Assembly: GCA_013239625.1 (NCBI GenBank)
Contig: MU056277.1
Coordinates: 2,458,076 to 2,522,075 of the forward strand
Length of the DNA: 64,000 nt
Source: Lama guanicoe
Lineage: Eukaryota
Reading direction: 5' to 3'
Shown here piece after piece: positions 24,340-64,000 of this stretch; the first letter of the stretch is position 1; each line of letters starts with the position of its first letter. The translations under genes and the position numbers were made by a program. Under the pieces are notes generated by a model. It was not told where the DNA came from. It did not search any database and worked only from the letters and a program-made list of their open reading frames with translations.

Positions 24340-26000
24340 TTGACTTGTTTGTTTTTAATGGACTATTATTTAGAGCAGTTTGGATTTACCACAAAGTTAA
24401 GAGGATGGTGAAGGTTCTCTCACCGACCCTCACCCCCACGCGCGCAGCCTCCCCCACTGTCAGCGCCCCCACCAGGTGGTCCGTCCGCTGCGACCCTGAG
24501 CCAGCACTGCCCCCGCCGTCACCCCGGGCCACCCCCGGTGGTGGGCGTCTGCGGGTTTGCACACGTGCGACGACACGTGCCAGCCGTTGCCGTCCCCTGC
24601 AGAGTAGCTTCGTGCCCTGGAACTGCTCCGGGCTCCGCCCCTCGGCCCCTCCCCAGTCCCTGCTGCCTCCGTGGTTCTGTTGCTTCCAGAACGTCACGTG
24701 GTGGGGGTTGGACAACGTGCGCCTTTTCCGACGGGCGTCTTCCACTTCTTCACACGCATTCAAGGTTCCTCCATGTCTTTTCACGGCTTGGAGGTCACCT
24801 CTTTTTCTCACTGAATAATAATGCAGCGTCTGAGCGGAACACGGTCTGTTTACCCATCACCTGCTGAAGGGCATCTCCGGTGCCTCCAGGTTGGGCAGTT
24901 ACGAACACATCTTCCGTAAACAGCTGTGTGCACACTTCTGTGTGGACAGTTTCAGCTCCCCTGGGCAAACAGCAAGGAGCACGTGGCTGGGTCAGCCGGC
25001 GAGGGTGTGTTCAGTTCCCCTAGGAACCGTCTTCCCGGTGGCTGCACCGTTCTGCGCTCCCGCCTGCGGTGCTGAGTGCCCGCTGCTCCACGTCCTCGCC
25101 AGCACTTGGTGTTGCCGGTGTCTGGGTGGGGCCGTTCTGACAGGTGCCCGGTGGTCTGTCCCTGCTGTTTAATTTGCGCCTCCCCGAGGATGTGGTGCTG
25201 AGCGTCAGTTTGTGTTTGTTTGCCACCAGTGTAGCTTCTTTGGTAAGATGTCTTTGAAGCCTTTGACGCGTGTTTTTAAAATTGAGTTGTTTGCTTTTTG
25301 ACTGTTGCGTTTCAACGGTTCTTTGTACATTTCGGTCACAGAGCCTTATCAGATGTGCCTTTTGCAAATATCTTCTCCTGTTTGTGGCTTGTCTTCTCAT
25401 TCTCTTGACAGTGTCATTTGCCAGAAGTGTTTCGCTTTAACGGAGCCTGGCTTAGCCGTTATTTCTTTGTGGGTCGCACCTTTGGCGTTGGATCCGAAAA
25501 GTCAACCCAAGTCCCAGGCCGTCCGGATTTTCTCCTGCGCGTCTTCCAGGAGTTCTACAGTTTCGTGTGTAGATCTTTGCATTCAGACGTGTGATGGATT
25601 TCGAGTTGGCTCTTGTGAGGGGCGCAAGGTTTCGTGGAGGCTCGTTTGCGTGCCGATGTCCAGCTGTTCCAGCACGCTCTGTGGAGAGACTGTCTCTGCT
25701 CCGTTGTGTTGCCTTCGGTCCTTTGCTGAAGAGCAGTTGACTCTATTTTCGCGAGTCTGTTTCTGGGCTCTCTCTTCTGTTCCATTGGTCTGTCTGTCTG
25801 TCTGTTCATTTGGCAATACCAGGCCGTGCTGATTACTGTAACTCCTTTAACGAGTCTTGAGGTCAGGTAGCGTCAGTCCTCCAACCTTGTTTTTCTTGAA
25901 GTTCTTGATTTTAATGCAGCCCAATTTTTAGATATTTTTCTTTATCACGAGAGCGTTTTGTTTTATATTTTAAAGAAATATTTCTTCACCCTAGTTCATA
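24340..26000 (-). mobile_element. L1 fragment, L1MC1-like (ORF2 C-terminus and 3'UTR), degenerate
   Basis: 3' end ttagagcagtttggatt...cagcctcccccact...; minus-strand frames give ORF2-like remnants (RRQATN...QRLQRHLTKEATLVANKH; QRQSLHRACWNSWTS). Confidence 0.85.
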
Positions 26001-26017
26001 AAAATAGTCTTTTATCA

Positions 26018-26230
26018 CAGAGGTCAGCAAAGTTCAATAAGGGACAGACAGGACGCACCTCGGGTTTCGAGGGCCAGCAGTTGTTCAGCCACTGTTCAGC
26101 TCGGCCGTCCTAACGTGAGAGAAGTTGGGCACAGGGGTCAGTCAGTGCCGTGACTGGTGCCAATGAGGCTTTGTTAACAGAGCCAGGGGAGGGCCACACT
26201 GGCCCACAGGCTACAGCTTTACGTTACCTC
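26018..26230. mobile_element. MER58A-like hAT-Charlie DNA transposon
   Basis: cagaggtcagcaaa...aagggacaga...gtgccaatgaggctttgttaacaga...ctggcccacaggctacagcttt resembles the recalled MER58A consensus. Confidence 0.6.
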
Positions 26231-26329
26231 CTAAATGCCTCGTACATTACCTCGGAGTTAAATACGTACTGTTCCTAGAGGTAACCTTCTGTGTTACGTG
26301 AGCTGGGGTCAAACGTCCTCTTTCTGGAA

Positions 26330-26535
26330 TGCGGGGTTTTCGACAGGTTTGACTTGCCCCAGGGGACGTGTGGCAGTGTCTGAAGACATCTGTGACTGTC
26401 TCATGTGTGTGTGTGTGTGTGTGTGGGTTCCCACTGGCAGTGGCATGCAGGCTATAGGGATGCACCTAAATGTGCTAAAGGCACAGGACAGCCCGTCACA
26501 CAAAACTGTTACCGATCTATAGTATCCGAGAAACA
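26330..26535. mobile_element. MER20-like DNA transposon containing a (TG)n microsatellite at about 26405-26426
   Basis: ttgccccaggggacgtgtggcagtgtctgaagacatc...gggatgcacctaaa...gcacaggacagccc resembles the recalled MER20 consensus. Confidence 0.65.
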
Positions 26536-28394
26536 AACAGAAGAACGAAACACAGATGTTACTCTTAAAACCAAAAGAGCAAAAAACTCTGAGATCAGCT
26601 CTGACCACATTCTGTGTCAGCAGCATAACCCATCCCACCCCCCACCCCCCATGGCGCCCGGTCAGATCTCTGTGCGGTCCTGCAACGCGCACAGTCAGAC
26701 CCACCCCAGCTGCTCCTCCATGGTGCACACAGTCAGATGCAGACTCTCCGTCAGCCACGGCCTCGTGTGCAGTTTGGCCCTGCCTGGACCTGGGAGCAGC
26801 AAGTTCGCCAACCTGGTCGGCACAGCTGGGAACGTATTGCAGTGTTTGGCTCTGACCTGGCCGTAAGCTTTTTCTTGGCAGCAGTTAGGGTAACCCCTGG
26901 CGCCCAGTGGAAGACTAAGGAAACCGCACCAGGAAACAGATGTTGCCTTGCTGTCCCCGGGGAGAAGACGAACCCAAGGTGGTCAGGAGGCCCCAGAGCG
27001 CTGGCCTGTCTGTCCCGGAGTCCAGCCCCAGGGCTCTGTGTGAGTCCCCTGCTCTGCTGGCCGTCCTGGCCTTCATGAGCCGGTTGTGGCTGGCCAGGAG
27101 GAAGCTCACAGCTAGCCAGGGCAGCATTCCATAAGAACATTCCAGAGCCACCTCCAGAGTGGACGGGAACCAGAGAGCATGGTGAGAATGCTGTGGTGAC
27201 AAGACTGAGAATTGGATCAGGCTCCAGAGTGGCTTTGGGCTCCTGAGGCCACACGTGGCCAGACGGTGGGCAGCCCAGGTGGCTCCTGGGGGCCACAGTG
27301 GGACTGTGTGTCCCACATTCCTTGGAGTTGTGCTCAGACCACTCACCGAGCAGACGGTGTCTGTGCTGGTCCTCTTGGTCAACACCAGGGTCCTCAGGAC
27401 TGGGCTCACGAGCTCTAGGTGGACAGCCTGAGGCTGTGTCCCTCAGCTCCAAGCCCTGGCCTGACCTGCTCAGCCCATCAGTCTGCCACCCTGATCCCGG
27501 AGCCAGCACAGGGGGCTGGGTTTGGGGTCCACTTGTGGTGTGAGCCACACACGTCTACCCCAGTCACAGGTGGAAGGAGATCCACGGTCTGTGGGAGAGG
27601 CTGGGTGGGACCCCCCTCCTTCCACGGGGACCTTGGCTGGAGGTGGACGTTTCATGAGGACGTGGGCTCTCCGAGGCCCACGCCTGACCTCCCCCTGCCC
27701 CCGGTCTGTGGAAATCTCTTGAAGAGCCTCTTAGACTGGTTTTATGAAGTCCTGAGTCAGCAGAATTCCACCCAGAGGCTGCTGAAGTTGGGGGACCCGA
27801 GCGAGCTGCACTGGGGCCCTTGGGAAGCAGCGTGGGCCACGGTGCCTGGAGGAGGAGAGGCTCCCTCTCGAACCCAGAAGAGAGTTGGCTTCGAGGACTC
27901 ACCGAGGGCCTGGCTGGCTGGCGTGGCAAGGTGGGGCGGTCTGGTGGCCCAGCGGGAGAAGGCTGGTGTGGGGTCTCCACGACACTGGTCCATCAGGCGG
28001 GACCCCTGGGCCAAGCTCACCTCAAGGGACCAGACCGAGACCTGAAGGTACAGGGGTGACTTGAAAGGACACCGGAGGATCAGGCCCCCGGGGCCCAGCA
28101 GGGCTGGCCTGAATAGCCGGGGTGGGCCGCGGTGTCACTGTGACCCTAGGGCTCCTGCTGGCCTGAACCTGCTTTTCTGCTCCCCAGCCACCTCACTACT
28201 GAGTGTGTACGTGCACCGCGTGTGCACGTGTGTGTGGAGAGGCGGGTGGGGCCCCTCCTTCCACGGGGACCTTAGCGGCAGTGGATGTTTCACACTTTCT
28301 GCGGCCCCTTGGCCTCAGACCTGCCGACGGCTGTGCCGCTGAGCACCAAGGAGCAGAAACCGCCAACACGGGGCTAGAAAGGGTCTGTGAATAT

Positions 28395-28400
28395 TTTATT
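28395..28400 (-). terminator. GAS6 polyadenylation signal (AATAAA)
   Basis: First canonical AATAAA on the minus strand, about 290 nt after the stop, followed by GT-rich sequence (ccgtgttggcggtttct). Confidence 0.8.
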
Positions 28401-28691
28401 TTTCCATAGTTCTAGGTCAGAAAGAAGCATCTGGTAATAAAAATAACAGAATCACGTTCCTGGGGCCGCTCTGGCGGGTGTGGGCCTCGGCCCCAGGAGG
28501 GCTCGGGCTGGCCCTGAGCTTAGTCCACTATTTACACGTATGTTACACGGCGGAGGGTGGCCTCAGAGGGACGTCGGCCGGGATTCAGTGTTGTGCGCGG
28601 GGTCACTGGTGCCCCCGCCTTCCTTCCTGCTTGGAGGAGAAGGCGGGAGGCATGCTGGGCGGGGGCGCGAGCGTCCAGCAGCAGCGGGAGC

Positions 28692-61722
<33,031 letters not shown>

Positions 61723-61784
61723 GGCGGGGCGGGGGAGAGGGAGGAGGACCCGGAGAGGACCGGGGCCGGGAGCCGGGCGCGCGG

Positions 61785-61844
61785 TCAGAGCGCCCGGGGG
61801 TCCGTGGCGAGCCGCGGGCGCCGCGGGGCGGTGGCTCCGATCAT
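61785..61844 (-). promoter_or_regulatory. 19-codon upstream ORF in the GAS6 leader (MIGATAPRRPRLATDPRAL*)
   Basis: AGGATGA context (A at -3); TGA ends 62 nt before the main ATG; out of frame with GAS6. Confidence 0.6.
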
Positions 61845-63469
61845 CCTGTGCAGGCGGCTCTGCAGGGCACATCCCGGCGGCTGCACCTCGGCGCTCGCGC
61901 GGGGCTGGGCGGGGGCGGGGGACCCACGAGTCCAGCAGCCCGGACCCTGGGTTCGGAAAACGGTTTTCTCCCGGAAGATCAAGGGCGGAGGGGAAACAGG
62001 TCGCCGGCACGAGGGGACTACTCGCTGGCCGCCGAGACCAAGTGGTCCCAGCGAAGGCGTTTCTCCCCAGGCAGCGATGAAGCTTATTTAGTCGAGATGG
62101 TGAAAAGCACAGAAGAGGGCACAGCCAGGAGCAGCCTGACAGGTGCAGTTGGAGCCTTCGCCGGATTGAAGCCCCTTCCACCCTACATCTGCCACATCCT
62201 TTCCCGCGTCTTCGATCGGGGGGCACATTTTCTCAAGACTTAAAACCCACTGGAGAAAAGACACAGTGAAGTCAGCTCGAGTCCCAGTGGGGTCCAGCGA
62301 GCGAGATGAAGTTACTTCCTATTGTAACCCTTGTTTTCCATAATGATGACTCTGAAACCCTTGAGGTTTAAACTGAAAGCAACTTTCTGCTTGTTCTTGG
62401 AAACCAAGACTTTCTTTCTGTCTCTCCTCCCGGAATATTTTGCAAAGTCACAGGCAGAAAACACACAAACAAGCAAAACCAAAACATAGCAGGCCACTCT
62501 CGGGAAGGAAGCAGGCAGCGAGCCCCACACCGCAGGGAGGGGGCTTGCACACCCCGCCCACGGGAACCCTGTTCCCGGGTCCCCGCCCCCAACGTGAAGA
62601 TGAAAGGCACAGCCAGCCACCCCCTGCCCAGGGGCGCGCTTGGCTTGGTGGGCTCCACGCCCTGAGTCTGCACCTGTTTCTCCTCGCCTTCCTTCCTGGA
62701 GGGAGAGTAAGATTGCACGGCTGGTGATTCTCTGAGGTCACGGCTTTGAAGGTGGGGTTCGCAAGTATTTAAGTGGTAAATTCGGGAAATGGATGCTGCT
62801 GAGTCCTACAGAGAGAGTTAGCAATTTAACAGCTAAGTCATCCACACCTGTGTCTCAGCTAGTTGCCAGACACTCCCTTGTCAGTAGGCGACTCAAATGC
62901 CCAGTGACTCAAAAGTCGACTGCAGATGCCAAGGCACTTAATGCAGAATATTGATCATGTTAATATCCCTGCTTGTTGTGCTTAAGAAGTCCTGGTATCA
63001 AAAAATCCGGGTGGGGAGAAAAATTCTTTAGTTGGCTTTTACGCCGGACCTTTAATTAATCAGAGACACTTCTGATATTTCCTAGGGCTTCTAAACTGGC
63101 AGCCGGTGGGCATATTTCAAGAAGCGTGAGAACTCGTAGAAACTGTTTGCAATTACTTTCTGCATTATTTGTGTGTATTTGAGGAATGAGGCAGTTCTCA
63201 GAGTTCGGTCCTGGCCCCTCTGTGTGCCTCTGGGAGGGTTTGCACTGGGTGAGAACCCAGCTGCCTGGGCGTCAGCACGGTCCTGGCTGGACGGAGCCTT
63301 CAGGTCCCCTAACCTGTTGGCCTGGACCTCAGTCCCCTTCGCTGTAGTTCCCATTCACCCCTTTACTGAGCTGGTGTCCCAGCAACACAGCACTTCCCAT
63401 TTGGTAGAGAGCTGGTTTAAGAAAATGTATTCACGTACACCCGCTCGTAACTGAGCTGAGGTCACCAGT

Positions 63470-64000
63470 TTGCGATATTACTTCTTTTCTAACATACGCG
63501 TTTAGTGCTATAAATTTCTCTTAAAGCAGTACTTTGGTGGCATCTGACACACTTTGAATCCTGTATTTAATTTAGTCATTTTCCTCTATTTCAAAATACT
63601 TCCTCATGTTCCTTTCGCTGTCTCCTTTGACCTGCGGGTTATTTACAACTGTGTTAGTTTCCAACGATTTGGGGAGTTTCCAAATATTTTAGAATGTTAT
63701 AATTTACAGTTCAGTTTCATTGTGGAAAGAGAACATACTGTGTATGACTTGTATCCTTTTTGCCCTTTCAAAGTTGTTTTGTGGCCAGAATATGGTCCAT
63801 CTTATTGGATGGAATGTTCTAGAAATGTCCATTAGGTCAAGGGAGAAGACAGTGTTGCTCAAACCCACTGTCCTTGCTGAGGTCCTGCCCACTGGTTCTG
63901 CCAGTTTCTGAGGATGGAGTATATTGAAATTCTCCAGTTACAATTATTGTATTACATAACTATGTCTCTTTCTCATTACAGTTCTGCTGAGTTTTGTTTT
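63470..64000 (-). mobile_element. Old L1 ORF2 (endonuclease region) fragment, running off the window end
   Basis: AT-rich; a minus frame contains LDLMDISRTFHP (compare the L1 motif DLIDIYRTLHP). Confidence 0.75.

Overview
This is GC-rich mammalian genomic DNA, not prokaryotic. It holds two convergent (tail-to-tail) protein-coding genes. TMEM255B (FAM70B) is on the + strand with coding exons 2-9 at 1644-18559; exon 1 lies upstream of the window. GAS6 is complete on the - strand: 15 coding exons from ATG 61722 to TAG 28692, 2022 nt, 673 aa, with signal peptide, propeptide, Gla, 4 EGF and 2 laminin-G domains. All exon boundaries were read from the sequence, are GT-AG and have consistent phase. 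Also present: the GAS6 CpG-island promoter, old eutherian repeats (L1M, MLT1/MLT2, MER20, MER58, L2/MIR), several minisatellites and a 331-N assembly gap. Almost all supplied six-frame ORFs are GC-rich noise. I found no convincing new multi-gene system. The best leads are regulatory or evolutionary: a 19-codon uORF and an in-frame upstream ATG in the GAS6 leader, an ~780-bp intronic minisatellite with a 131-bp higher-order duplication, apparent AT-to-GC drift of old L1 copies, and a candidate in-frame cassette exon in TMEM255B. Repeat family names, orthologue comparisons and the tentative camelid-like origin come from memory and need checking.
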